Shown piece after piece: positions 51,471 to 64,000 of a stretch of 64,000 nucleotides of DNA. The notes below the pieces were generated by a model. That model searched no databases. It saw only the letters and a program-made list of their open reading frames with translations, and was not told where the DNA came from. Made by a program: the position numbers and the translations under genes. Source of the DNA: Catajapyx aquilonaris (Eukaryota); assembly GCA_000934665.2 (NCBI GenBank), contig JYFJ02000984.1, positions 1-64,000 of the forward strand, in the 5' to 3' direction. The first letter of the stretch is position 1. Each line of letters opens with the position of its first letter.

Positions 51471-53584
51471 TATGTGTGTCGGAATGTGCCATCACTTTGT
51501 TGGCAAACTGGGTCATGTAAAATTGGGCCGCAGTCGGTCGGTCGGTCGTAGCAGGTGGTGCGAGCGAGAATGTAAACTGGGATATGTATGGTTAAGCAGA
51601 ACCATTATTATGAACACTGATGTAGCAGATCGTTCGACATTTACTAGACACTGCCTTTTGTCATTTCGCATTTGAAGTTTGTATGTTTACTTGATTGTAT
51701 GCAAGTTTTAATGTGCATGTAATTTTGAGGTTATGTTTGCCTCTTGTTCTTATGATGAATTCAAATAAGCACATCTTGAGGACCAAGTCACCTACAATAT
51801 GGAAGAAGCTTTGATGAGTTTTTCCCCCGAGATTTTGCCAAATTTTCTTGACATTACCCATGTGAAACACGTACAAGGAGGCGCTGTGTTTCCTCTGGAG
51901 TTCATGCCTTCCAGTACGAAATTAAATGAAAATAATGCACTGTGACATTCGTCGTATAATATATAATTATGTCCTCAGTATTTGTCATTTCTCCTTCCAT
52001 ATATCCACCCACTGCTCGTATCAAGTCTCATAAAATGTTAGTACTTGAACACAACTTGTCTGATTTGTAAACGTGCAGGATTCCAGGAATATTCGTCTAT
52101 AGGAAGGGGACCAATATTGTTGGTGCATTGGCAATGAGGTCTTGGATTAACAATCACAATTTGCCTTTTATGTCAATCAATTTTACCGGCTTGTTAATGG
52201 ACGTTCTGAATCATCTGAGTCATATGACGATTGGCGCATGCTCATTTTGCTGATCATTCTCTTGCATGCCGCAAAGTATATTAATCTTATAGTATCGACC
52301 GAGCACATAGTCCTCCTAGAATGTCAGTCATATTTCCCAACTGCATTGACAGTTTTAAGACGTTGTTGGTATGAACTGCTGACGATTTAACATCTGAACT
52401 CGCTTTTGGCGCAGTGAGTCCTGATCAGTCATTTCATCAGGCCATTATGGTTAGCTTCAAATGCATAGTACAGCAACGAATAAGTGGCCCAAATCTGCCA
52501 ATTATTTCTTGGGAGGTTTTGGAATGAGGTTGGGATCCAGTCAGTTACAACTCCCTGTAAATTAAAATGAAATGTTAAACAAAAAAATTTAATTGAAATT
52601 AAAGTAAGTTGCATTTTGAGATGAACTACAGTTCACCAGTCATACGGGATGTGTGTAATTTTCTGATGTGTCAAATTTTGTTGACCATTCCCGCGACAAA
52701 CTAGTATTCTGGGAGGCGCCATGTTCTTCCTTCCCTTGCTTTTCCGGCTGAAACTTAGGGCCTGCACTTTGAGATATACATCGCACTGACATATGGCCAC
52801 GGTAATTATTATTACTTCCCTTCCAAATATGCACCCACTGGATATCATTCATATTAAATATTAAATGTCTAATAAATCGGAATATTTGCATTGAAATAAC
52901 ACATTCCCCAGACAGAACGGCTAGTAGAAAAATTATTATTATTATCTGTGCCTCTTGAAGGTTATCACACTCATCACGTCTATTCGTACGGTAGTGTCTA
53001 TAGTAATCGTTATTAATTCCTTCATTAATTTTTGATTAGTTGGTCATGGTCACTTGCACTGTATGCAGTACAAAACAAAATTAATTATTTTTGAGTAAAA
53101 TGTGAGCTATTGGAGTCGATAGCTGTTAGAGTATTTCCTCATCTCTCTTGCGTGAGCCAACTGAAGGGCCTATTGTTATATGCAGGGTGATCGTAGAAGG
53201 CAATAGCTGCCTGTTTCTCTTTGGGGAGAGGGTGTGACTGATTTTGCTGCTCATATCATATCGCGTCGTTGTTGTGCAGTCATCAGTCAAGGAAAGTGAC
53301 ATTATAGAATGATTTGAACAGACACTGAAGAGTCAGTGAAACTGATTCTTGCACCTAGAAATGGCCTTGCAGCCAACGAATAAAACTGAGTTGGAGGTAC
53401 GGTATAAATCGTCGAGCACATGAAGCCATCAAAGCCAGTTTTATTCAAATACCGCTGACTGCAAATTGAGTGCATTTAGTATACAATGTTGCTGTCGATA
53501 AATGCTGATATTACTTCCAATACCCTTTTGCATGTCAAGGATGTCCAAAGACAGGAAAAGGAAGGAAGGAGAGAAGGAATACCT

Positions 53585-53685
53585 CCTACCCCAAAGACCT
53601 GTCCGGCTTGGGAAACCCTGCCAGTAGACTAAAGCTACCGCCGGCATAGCTCTTCGGGGTCACGGGAGACACAAGGTGGAGAAAG
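53585..53685 (-). mobile_element. RTE-clade LINE 5'-UTR fragment
   Basis: Reverse complement GACCCCGAAGAGCTATGCCGGCGGTAGC...CCCAAGCCGGACAGGTCTTTGGG matches 56761-56830 and resembles the conserved BovB/Expander 5' UTR. Confidence 0.7.
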
Positions 53686-55416
53686 CTATTGGGGTAAGAG
53701 AAGGGCCAGGATTCAATGTAGGGGTGGACCAGTGTTCATCTTAGCAACACATTCAGCCATTGCTGCTGTTGTGAAAATTCAGCACTCATAACCGCTATAT
53801 AGTGTCACAACCTCCATTACATGATACATATTATGCTGTGTCTTTAATCAACCATTAATTCAACAATATCACTGCTCTGGCCAAAGGTGCGATGGCTTCT
53901 GATAAGCTGAATTTTGTCATATGGCAGGAAAATATATTGACCAAAACTTCCAAATAAAAACACGTCCGATTGGGACCCAGATTGTCCTCATGCTGTCATG
54001 CAACAGCTCATTCAACAACATCTGTTGGAAAAATATTCTGGCACCAAGTGGCCTCGGATTATGACTCGACTTGGTACACCACCTCCCAAAAAATACCTCA
54101 AAATAATTGCAGGAAATTTTCAGATTCAAGAAAATGACTTGTCATAAATAGGCACACACTTAAATAGGGTTGCCATTAGACACCCTGTACTCAGACACTT
54201 ACATTATTCCCAGTTGACTATTGACGTGCGTGACCACCAGCTGGACCACGCACTTTGACTCGTGTGAACTCAGCAATGACACACCCTGTACTAGGTCGTT
54301 GCGTCTTGACTAATGAGCAAGCCTGTACTTGAACGCAACGAGCCATGTGACTGTCACTAGTGACGTCAGAGAAGCAAGCCACTTGTAAATGAAGTTAAAA
54401 GTGAGGCAGAGTCGAAATGGGGACAAGTCAAATGTAGCACACAAAATACAAGTAAAGGTCACCACAAGTCACAACTGTTGCAACACTTTTTTTCTGACCT
54501 TGCTAGGCTGATTATTACACAACAATAATTCATGATCGAGATCTTTTTTCACAGCCCCAAACCAGCAGCAGTGAAGTTGAAATCTCAGTTGGTTTGCATC
54601 AATATACCTGTTGGTGTCTCAGCATTTGTCATTACCACAGTTGACCAAAATATTGAAAACAAGACAAGCAACAAACCATCCAATAATGAATTACGAGTAA
54701 TGGATCAACTCGTGATGACTGAATAAAACGATTATTTTGACAATCATGCAGCAAAATGTGATACTCCATGACAATTAAGCACAGTACACCAGACAATTGA
54801 AGTGTTTCATCGATCAGTACAGATACTAGTAGTGTTTAATACGTCTTCTAGTGACAATAACGATGAGTTTTTCCATTTCTCCATGACCTTATTTAAAATG
54901 AGCAAATTGTAATAATGAAAAAAAACTTGGCATGGAAATGAAAAACAACACGGCGCGGCGGGGGGATCCATGAGGATACTATAATTATTGTACTAGTTGG
55001 ATTTAAATACCGACGAATAATTTGTTGCACTGTGTATGCTGCATCTCATAAGCCTTAAAAGTTAAAACAGTTGATGGAACTGACTGCAGATGATGGAACA
55101 TCTCATTGACATGATTTTATCGTAGCCAGTGATAGTCATGTCGGATCTCTCTTCCTGATTGTTTTTGAACAGGTGTAAGCTGATTGCTTGATGATTAATA
55201 ACCTGCTAAATGAAGGTCGTCTTATTCAGTCAGAATAGCTTTCCTTCCATCTCTCCCATAGTTGGCAGAAAATTAAATTGTTTTTTTTTGTGTGTGTGTG
55301 TTGGCGGTGGTGCACCAATGTTGTTGATTATTTTAGCAAGTGTCGATGTAAATTGAACGAAATAAATCCTACCGCATGCTTGGCTGTATAACTCATACGA
55401 GATATGTCCATGATAG

Positions 55417-56710
55417 TGTAACGGTATTGCGCAATTTCGTTTCCCCGTCTTGCACCACCTTGTATATCTGATCCATACTCCTGTCATGTGACCTTGCGTT
55501 GCTCCGACTCCCATCTCGCATTGCGCAAATAGGGAGGCGCTCCCGTGGGCTCGAGGCCAGTAGTTACTGAGCCGTCTCCCTGTCCAGATCCCTCCCCTAA
55601 ACTCTCCCCACCTAGTTGTTCCTTTAGCGTGACATGTATTCTGAACCCTCCGCAAGGACATTAAAATCGTACATCAGCCAAGTTCCCTGTTTTGTTTCTC
55701 GTAACCCGATCCGGTTACAAATGGTGGCAGCGGAGGGATACTGAGCTGTGACGATCGTTGTTGTCGGAATCTTTCTTTTTTTGTGCGGATCCTTAGGGAT
55801 CCTGGTGGTTTAGGTTTACGTGTACTCGTTACGAGTGAAGTGTATTCGTAGTCGGACTGGTGTGGGCGGTGCGCTGAGAGTACCCGTCCAAGAGCCCGGT
55901 TACGAGGGTATTGTGTTGGTTTATGGTTACGTGCACTCTTACGAGTGAAGTGTATTCGTGGTCGGACTGGTTACGAGCCAGGTTACGAGGGTGTTGTTAC
56001 GTGTACCCCGTTGGGTTACGTGTACTCGTTACGAGTGAGGTGTATTCGTGGTCGGACTGGACGAGCCCGGTTACGAGGGTATTGTGTTGCGTTATGGCTA
56101 CGGGCCTCCCACCCATCTCGAAGTACGATGGCTCCACTTCCTTCGAGGAGTGGAAGGAGCGGTTTGACTTGTACAGCACCGCATTTGAGTGGGACGATGA
56201 GAAAAAGCTGGCTCGCCTTCCCTTGTTTCTGGAGGGAAGCCCCTACCAAGCTTATCGCTTGTTGACGCCTGGCCAGAAGGTCGATTATAGTACGGCTTGC
56301 ACTTCCCTCGCCGCTTACCTTGAACCAGTAACCCCTAAGGTATTGAAGCAAGGGGAAGCTGCTATGGTAAAGGTTAAACCAGGAGAAGGATGGGATTCTT
56401 ATGTATTCCGCCTTCGAGAAGCCACAACGAAGTCCTACTCTTCGGCTTCTAATGACATGGTTTCTCAGTTGGTATGCGGTAGATTGTTTGAGGTCCTCCC
56501 ATACGAAACCCAGCGTCAAGTCATGACTCTCGATGTTTCGTCACTATAGACGAGGTTTTGCGCGTCGCAAAACTATCGGAAGGTATTCAAAAATGGCAGG
56601 CGAATGTCCGCCACTCAGAAGGAGCTGACTTTGTTGCTGCCGACACTGGGACTTCTCCTAAACCACAGCCCACAGCATGATGTAATACATGTTTCATGTG
56701 TGAAATCCCC
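55417..56710 (+). mobile_element. Ty3/gypsy 5' fragment: LTR (55417-55719), tRNA-Leu-type PBS (55722-55739), repeated leader, gag from ATG 56094 (frameshifted near 56545)
   Basis: TGTAACGG...CCGGTTACA; PBS TGGTGGCAGCGGAGGGAT; three leader repeats GTTACGTGTACTCGTTACGAGTGA.GTGTATTCGT.GTCGGACTGG; gag YDGSTSFEEWKERFDLY...WDDEKKLARLPLFLEG; remnant CFMC knuckle. Confidence 0.85.
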
Positions 56711-56719
56711 CCGATGGTA

Positions 56720-56977
56720 TCTCCACCTTATCGTGGTGGTGGGGTTTGCGTTTCTCCCATGACCCCAAGAGCTATACCGGCGGTAGCTTCGTCTACTGGT
56801 AGGGCCACCCAAGCCGGACAGGTCTTTGGGATAGGAGACAGACTAAGAGAGATGCCAGTCTTTCCTCTCTTCTTTTTCCTCTTCGTTTCTCTCTCCATCT
56901 GTCCCACCTTTGCTTCTTCTTACAGCCAGATAGCCACAGTTGCTTTGGCTTCTTCCAAATAAACCAAACCAAACCAA
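56720..56977 (+). mobile_element. Short non-autonomous RTE-derived element (RTE 5' UTR plus (AAACC)n tail) truncating the gag
   Basis: CACCTTATCGTGGTGGTGGGGTTTGCG...GAGCTAT...GGTAGGGCCACCCAAGCCGGACAGGTC, a pyrimidine tract, then AAACCAAACCAAACC. Confidence 0.65.
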
Positions 56978-57159
56978 GTTCTACGGAGTGAAGTGTTCCT
57001 CTCATCGGACGAAGAATTAGAATGGCATGACGCCATGGGACATGATTGAGATTGTGATTTGATTAGTGTTTATGACATTGACGTAGTGTAACATGTTTAG
57101 GTTAGGGTTGGCCAACCACATTTAGGGTATTTCTTATGTGTGACCAGAGAGTTAATGAT

Positions 57160-57960
57160 ATCTATAGTAATTGAACAACTTTCGGCGCTGATGATTGACC
57201 AACACCAGTTCCCATCTTGAACAATAGACTAATTGTCCTACTCTGTGTAGCAGGGAATACAACCACTTCCATTGTTGGAATCACTGCGATACGATGAAGT
57301 AATATTAGGACCTGGTTCTCATTGCAATTGCGGTGTATGTGAAAGGGAAATATCGCAGTAATTTTGCCAAAATAAACAATTTCTCTCCCATAGTTGGTTA
57401 AGTAACTCATACAAGATGTGTCAATGTCAAGTTTGCCCTCTACATATTGTGAAATTTTCAGATTACGTACGGTACTTTCGTCACATGGTGTCATTGTAGT
57501 GATGTCTAATATGTATGATATATTAGATGTATAATCTAAGTTATGGTTACTCATATTAGCTTCATCTTAACTGTTATATTGCGCCTTCTTAATTGTCATG
57601 ATGCCCATGTATGTTGCGTATACGTGTTTTCGGGAACATTTTCATCGTAATGAGTCCCAAGATGTACGCAATTGTAAAGCTGCTTCTCTGGTACAAACCT
57701 CCGTGATAGATACATCGTGCTAAAATATGACCGTATAGTATTTGTTATTTCTCCTTCCAATTATTATGCGCGCTCGCTGCTTGTTTCACATGAAATGTTA
57801 CTACTAGAAGCGCCACTCGTCTGATGACTTGTAAACCTGCAGGATTCCAGTAATAGCCATGTAGGAAGAGGATTGGTTGTTGGGGCATTGCTAACGAAGA
57901 CTTCGTTCAACAATGACAATATTTGCCTTTTATGTAAGCAGCTTGACCGTCTTATACCAT
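57160..57960 (-). pseudogene. Decayed ORF family, C-terminal copy; related fragments at about 41.6, 48.6, 50.35, 52.1 and 55.3 kb
   Basis: KRQI...LLLESCRF (also 52.1 and 31.9 kb), VHLGTH..ENVPE (also 41.7 kb), CCAACTATGGGAGAGA (also 55.25 kb). Confidence 0.6.
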
Positions 57961-60900
57961 CAAAATGATGACGATGTATGACGATGTATGACGATGTATG
58001 ACTATGTATGCAGCTTGACCGTCGCATCAAAATGATGAAGATGTTAATTTATTACATCATCTGTCTTTTGTAGCCACTGCATAACCTTGTTATATTCTTC
58101 TTTGGTTACAATGGTTGTCTGCGAGTCGGGGTCTTCCTTCCATCTCTCTCTTTGCAGTGGTATTTATTAAAGGGGAAGGATCGTCTCTTCTCATTCGTGA
58201 CGTCCACGTGAATCAACTGAGTAAAATAACCATACTTTGAAATGGCAATTAGAGTGATTATTGTTGTGTACAGTGAATACTCGATCTGTCACTCCAGGAT
58301 ACGTCATATTCCCGGATCCATCGTTCCCTTTTCAGGACAAATCCCGCATTTATCGCTCTCGTCTAGCACTTGCTCAGGATTGGTCCATTCACTTCTGTTA
58401 CTCCATTCGGGCCAATCAAACATCAGATGTGCTCGTTTAAACATGTCCTCATGTGTACATGTGACAATCGAAGGAGGGTTGTCTTAATATATCTTTTGCA
58501 TTTTAGTTTATTGCATATCAGCATAGGTTAAGGTCGATACAGTTTTAATATTTAAAAAAAAAACGATTGTTCACAATTGGATGAGCTGGCAACATCGCTT
58601 ATGACGTCACAGCAATGGTTCCATATTTGAGGCACATTTTAAAACGAGTCAATGGGTAGAATTTTGTTTATTACGTGAAAAACAACAATATAATGCTCAG
58701 AAATTGTCTCCAGATTATTTAAACAAATTATATATATGCATCTTTAATAATAAAAAATGTTAATCTCAAATTAATAGCACTAAATTTTAACCGTTGCATA
58801 TGCGAGGCAGGATTACTGAACGCAACCGATGACGTCACGCAAGAGCCCGGATGTAGCTAGTAGCTGGTACGGTATTAGTTACCAACATTAGCTGACATCC
58901 AGATTTTGCCCAGTATTTATGATATTATTCTGTAAATATTGGCAGAATAATTAGTTCAAATATCCGGCGTATGTTTTGTATTCTTTGCGTCAGTTTGTGA
59001 TGTGTGTCGCACTGTCCACAGCCTTTTTCTTCTGCTAGTTATATTAGTTACATCATTAAACTATTATTGGTTGGCGTCCCCTTTTTTTTTTCCTTTCCCT
59101 TCATTTCGTGGGAGCCGAACGATGAGGGTCGCATTTCGCCTCGGGTCCGACTCAGGGGCCGCCACGGTGCTCTGCCCCTTGCTGGAAGGTTCAGTGAAGA
59201 GTCAGGGGAGACGGGGGAGGTCGAGTCGGTGCTTGGAAGGCTGGGTGTGGGCTATAGAAACTCGGTTAGAAGATGCAGGTAAAAAGGCTGGTTGTTCACA
59301 CGAGCGTCGTTGTCGTTCGGTCGTTGCGGTTGTTCGAGGGTGATTTGTAAGCAATTTGAGGAACATCAACCTTACTCTTCAGTGCCTCCTTTAAAAGTCA
59401 TTAATTGTGATGATGATGGCGGATGATGATGATCAAAATTACGATGATGTATCCTTCTCCATCTACAAATACTATTGTGCAAATCTACCCCTCCACCTTG
59501 TCTTGGTGGGGCGCTTGTGTTTCTCCCAAGATTTAGCGAGTTATATCGTTTGTGGCATCTACCATTATTTTCTGGCATCTACTGGTAGGATCATTAAGTC
59601 AAAAATATATTTTTGGGATAGTGGACATACAGAGACTAGTCTGCGTTTCTTCATCTCCTTCAATCTCTGCCAAATGGCCAGAGAGCCTATAGTAGTGGTG
59701 CTTTCCACCATTTCCGTTGGCCATAGGTCAGTTTATGGAATTGTATTCCTGATGTGGAAAGTTGTTTTAAGCTGCTCCAACAACTGATTACCCAGCAGTT
59801 ATGTCTGGTGTCGGATAATGATTTATCCTTAGTTCAACGGATGGTTTTACAGGGAATATCTGTACCATTAAACAAAGATGTAAATTCCACTTAGTTGTGG
59901 AATGTTGTCACGGGCACAGACCAAGTGTGGGATGGAATGAACTCAGGCATTGTTGGAGAGCACATAAATACGTCTGAAATGCAGTACAAAAATACTCCCA
60001 TCATTATGACTAGTTGTGACCTAGCTGCATGACGCTCCTGTTAGTGGACTGTTGGACATGTTCCGCGTCGTTCTTGTACTCGAGCCTACGTTTTATTTCT
60101 TCTCTTTACCTACGTCTCCCACAAATTAGGACATAAATGATCTCGCCACACTTCTTGACCATCTCCTTCGTCACTGTCTCCAGCAGTGGACCGTCTTGTC
60201 CTACAGTAAAAATAGTCGGTTTAGAAGACATTAAAAGCACAGTGAGAGCAGAATACCAATAAGGTTAGAGCAAAGGGCTGCATGATCACACTGGTTCCTA
60301 TTCCTTGAATTTAACCGTCTAAAGTGCTCTGTCTCCATTATTCCATAGTCTTTGTGGGCTCCTCCATCATGTTTTTTTATTTGGACACATGAACGTCCTC
60401 TTGGAACAAGTGACACACTTGACACAACTTGCAACATGTGCATTGGAATTATATGATGAGTTGTAGCTATCTCCATCAGTGTGAACTTGACAACAAAGTG
60501 CTGTTCTGCTCGGAAATGAGATCCAGCGCCCTTTGTCGTATAGTACCACTTTTTGGCCGTGTGTCTTCTGGAGTTCTCTCTTGACTGGACACTGGTCTGC
60601 TTCTGATTTCAGCTAGTCGCGGGGGAAAGGATTCGTGTTACTTGCCTCCGCCTAATCGCGTTTTAAACTGAATTGAAATTACACTCGTTTGAAACGATTC
60701 TTCTCCAATCATCCCACACTGCATATGAAGTTTGCCATTGCACCTCCTCCTTACAGTTCTATTGAATGCATATGCTGCATGTATAGAATATACCTGATTA
60801 AGGCTTGATGTTCACATGTCGTTGTTTGCTTGGTCATTAAAGAGGACGCGAGTCATGGTGACCTTTCATGGTAATTTTGCACCCTTCGCGTCTGTCCGAC

Positions 60901-62570
60901 TCATATTAATTGACTACAAACGTTTTGCGATTACTTTAGGACATTTAAGGAATTATTTAACAATTTTCGGCTAATAATGTGTCATAACTAGTGTTGTAAA
61001 AAAAGAAGCCGGATGTTGTAATTATGCAGTATAATGTGGAATTTTTGAAAAATCATAACTGCAAAATGCGTATACTGACGCCATTGATGAATTAAGAAAG
61101 GAGCAACTCGTGATGTACCACTCTCCCTCACGACTACCTGAGATAAGGTTACTTCCATCTTCATATTGTCAAGTTTTGTTCTGCTTTGTTCCACTCCATT
61201 ACCGGGATTTGTTTTCTTTTCTGACCTCATGAAGCCGAATGTTCATATTTTGGGTGCTTATCTGCAACCTCGGATATACCAAATCGCATTGGGGAAGTTG
61301 TCTCTCTGATCACGGTGACATTTATATGTCATTACAATAACAATGATAACATTACAATTCCACCCTTTGTGTCAGTGCCTGAACCAATGATTTTTCTTTG
61401 TCTTTGGGCCGCCTACCATTTCCTGATGAGTTGTCTCGTGCACCAGTTTTAGGGGCACTGAACAGGTGAGCAGTATTACCCCGTCGAGTGTCATATGTAG
61501 TAGTCTTGAATATTATTATTGCTGGTTACTATACCTTGCGCATCACTGTTAGCCAAGTTTTCATTATGATCTTATCTCAAACAGTAACCTGCAAGGAAAT
61601 GATGGCTCAGTTTAAAACAAAAGTCCCATCTACATCATTGGATGTTTTATTGTATCCTACTGGTGCTGGAAGATGGTGAACAAGAACATTGCCAGTAATT
61701 ATTGGTGGAGATACTAGATATTTATTATTCTGAAGTCGTTCAGGTGGAGCTGTTGAAAAGGTAGTGAAGGATTTTGATTAGGAATTGGCCAGATGGGACA
61801 GTATTGAACCGTCATATTGTCTTAAGCTAATGAACTTACAAGCAAATATTCTCTTAGTCGCATGTTATTAATTTATGGCAATATAATGTTTACAATATAT
61901 CAAGCTCTTTGTGAATGCTGGGACAGGTGCATATTGATTTTAAGGGCATAACAAGTACACAATAATTATTTTAGAATGGGTGTGTCCACAAAATGTGCAG
62001 AGGGTTGCAGCATTTCATCCTAATTATGCATTCTTTTTTTCCCATCCAGTTCAATGGTACGTGAGCCATTTGCACACCTTTCACCGCAGCAATGACGAGT
62101 TCAGAATGTCTGATCATTTGTATTTTCTTTCCTTCTGACTCTGTGTCATGATACTGCTTCTCATGTTGCATCTCAGCACTAACATTCACCAGAAGTTTGT
62201 CATCATCTTGCAGTGTTTGATCCCATTTATGGATGTGCGGGCACAACAGGTGTGTAACCGTATACTGTACATTCCAGGTTTTCCTACCTTTTCTGCTAAA
62301 ATTTTGTTGCATATAGCTCACACTTGCAATCTTCACTTGCTCTTCTGCAAGGACCGATGGTTTATATTTGATATATAAGTGCTTATATTCATATTTATTC
62401 TTATAGGTCCATATTATTATCACTCGTACTATGGGCTAAGCGAAACATCCCGTCGTATTCGTCGACTTTCGTAAAATTTTGGCTTCTCATTTCTGGGTTC
62501 CCTCAATGTAATAATTAATTAATTACTCTTTATTTTTCTTATTAACATGATCTAGTGACTCAGCTTAGCT

Positions 62571-62850
62571 GCTGCAGCCAGTTTGTCGGCTTCCACAGCA
62601 CGGAGGTCTGCTGCCACAGCATTGAGGTCTGCTGCCACAGCATTGAGGTCTGCTGCCACAGCATTGAGGTCTGCTGCCACAGCATTGAGGTCTGCTGCCA
62701 CAGCATTGAGGTCTGCTGCCACAGCACTGAGGTCTGCTGCCACAGCACTGAGGTCTGCTGCCACAGCACTTAGGTCTGCTGCCACAGCACGGAGGTCTGC
62801 TGCCACAGCACGGAGGTCTGCTTCAACAGCACGGAGGTCTGCTTCAACGG
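62571..62850 (-). repeat. 21-bp minisatellite (about 13 units), read on the minus strand as AVAADL(N/S/R) heptads
   Basis: Unit GCTGCCACAGCA(T/C)(T/G)GAGGTCT. ORF 62552-62872. Confidence 0.95.
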
Positions 62851-64000
62851 GTTCCCTCAATGTATTGATCACTTATGTTTGCCTCCAGAAGCAGTTTGTG
62901 ATAAAAGGCGTATCCTCTCTAGTCGGCATTACTCGACGTTGCAAATGAAACCCAGGTGTTAAGAGTTATATTTATAGATTTTACACAATGTGTTAATGTT
63001 GGAAAAAGCTGTTCCTCGCACTATTTTCCTCCATACTTGCCCTCATGAACTCCTACTAGCTTTGTCTTTATAATAGTTAAATAACTGGACAGTACCAGAT
63101 TCAAAATGACGTTTTGTATCCAATAGCTGTCCTTAGACCATGGTTTTCGTTTTGCTGTAATGTGTCATCATATCATAGCCTTTTGGGCTCATCTGTGGAG
63201 CGCTAGCCAAAGCTGCGTAGAGTAGGACGTCGTATGCCGCCTTATACAGGCATGAACCGAACTCTTTACGCATGCCAAATGCCCAAACACGTTTGCATAT
63301 CCTTCGCCACATTAAGTGAATCCAAAAAAATCCGAATACTGTTTCGAGTTTTCTCATTATGGGATTATGGCTCTTGACGGTCATTCACTCTCAACTTGTC
63401 TGCTAGACCAACTTGAACCCACTGCAATGTGGTTACATGGTGGAGCAGGGTCGGAGCTTTGTCAAACACGTCTTGTAATTGTGACAAAGGCAACTGGCTT
63501 GTGGATTTATTATCAGCAGTTTTCCCAATTTTCCTAAATAAAATGGAAATAGTAGTACATGAATGGATATTTTTTGTTACCTCCTTGTAGCGATGCTTCA
63601 GATTTGGCCCACTTTACTCTTTAACTATCCTCCCAAGTGTCTCCGGAAGTGGCGTATATTAGATGTTGGCCTCTAATTTGCGAGAGTAATATATGTTTGA
63701 TAGAACAGAACCGCATATGTTGTCACATATCCGTTCAAGATGTATGAAGAAGAAAGTGTCGCGGGACACATCTTCCTGCTGCCACTGCTGTTGCTACTTG
63801 ATTTCCAGCCGATACATTCTACAATCATAACGACCATTATGACGATTAATTATTATTATTATTACCTTACCCTCGACTTGTGCTATTTATTGATCACTTT
63901 ATATCACCCTCCACTCTCACTGACAATAATCTCCCCGTCTCCATCAATCATCGTGGCTGCCAACATGTTGCACATCACAGTTATAGGGGTTTAGAAATTG

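Noticed and set aside
53320..53350. Hammerhead-like CTGAAGA...GAAAC (also CTGATGA at 13248 and 9389)
   Set aside because: No convincing stem II or flanking stems.
55815..56085. Spaced direct repeats resembling a CRISPR array
   Set aside because: The intervening sequences are themselves related, and the repeats lie between a PBS and gag, so this is an LTR-element leader in eukaryotic DNA.
28500..63400. Unistrand piRNA cluster hypothesis
   Set aside because: Many relics are minus-strand, but the RTE at 28.5 kb, solo LTR at 36.6 kb, gypsy at 55.4 kb and RTE at 56.7 kb are plus-strand. Not supportable without small-RNA data.

Overview
Animal (arthropod-type) nuclear DNA. The left part (9.9-26.8 kb) is a compact chemosensory cluster. 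It holds three gustatory receptor (GR) genes, reconstructed by hand, each with three phase-0 C-terminal introns. One divergent ionotropic receptor (IR) lies head-to-head with GR2, and an intronless LRR gene with a BC-box-like N-terminus follows GR3. Six copies of one MITE family sit in and around these genes. The rest is repeat-rich: tRNA-derived SINEs (one V-SINE with TSD), RTE LINE pieces, Ty3/gypsy LTR pieces, AcademX-like and IS3EU-like transposase relics, and a fold-back rosa-type Tc1/mariner element. The least explained signal is a set of about 9 fragments (31-58 kb) of a long, decayed, minus-strand ORF family that I cannot assign; several pairwise differences between copies are synonymous. 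All calls come from manual reading, not database searches. There is one ambiguous base (n) at 4411.
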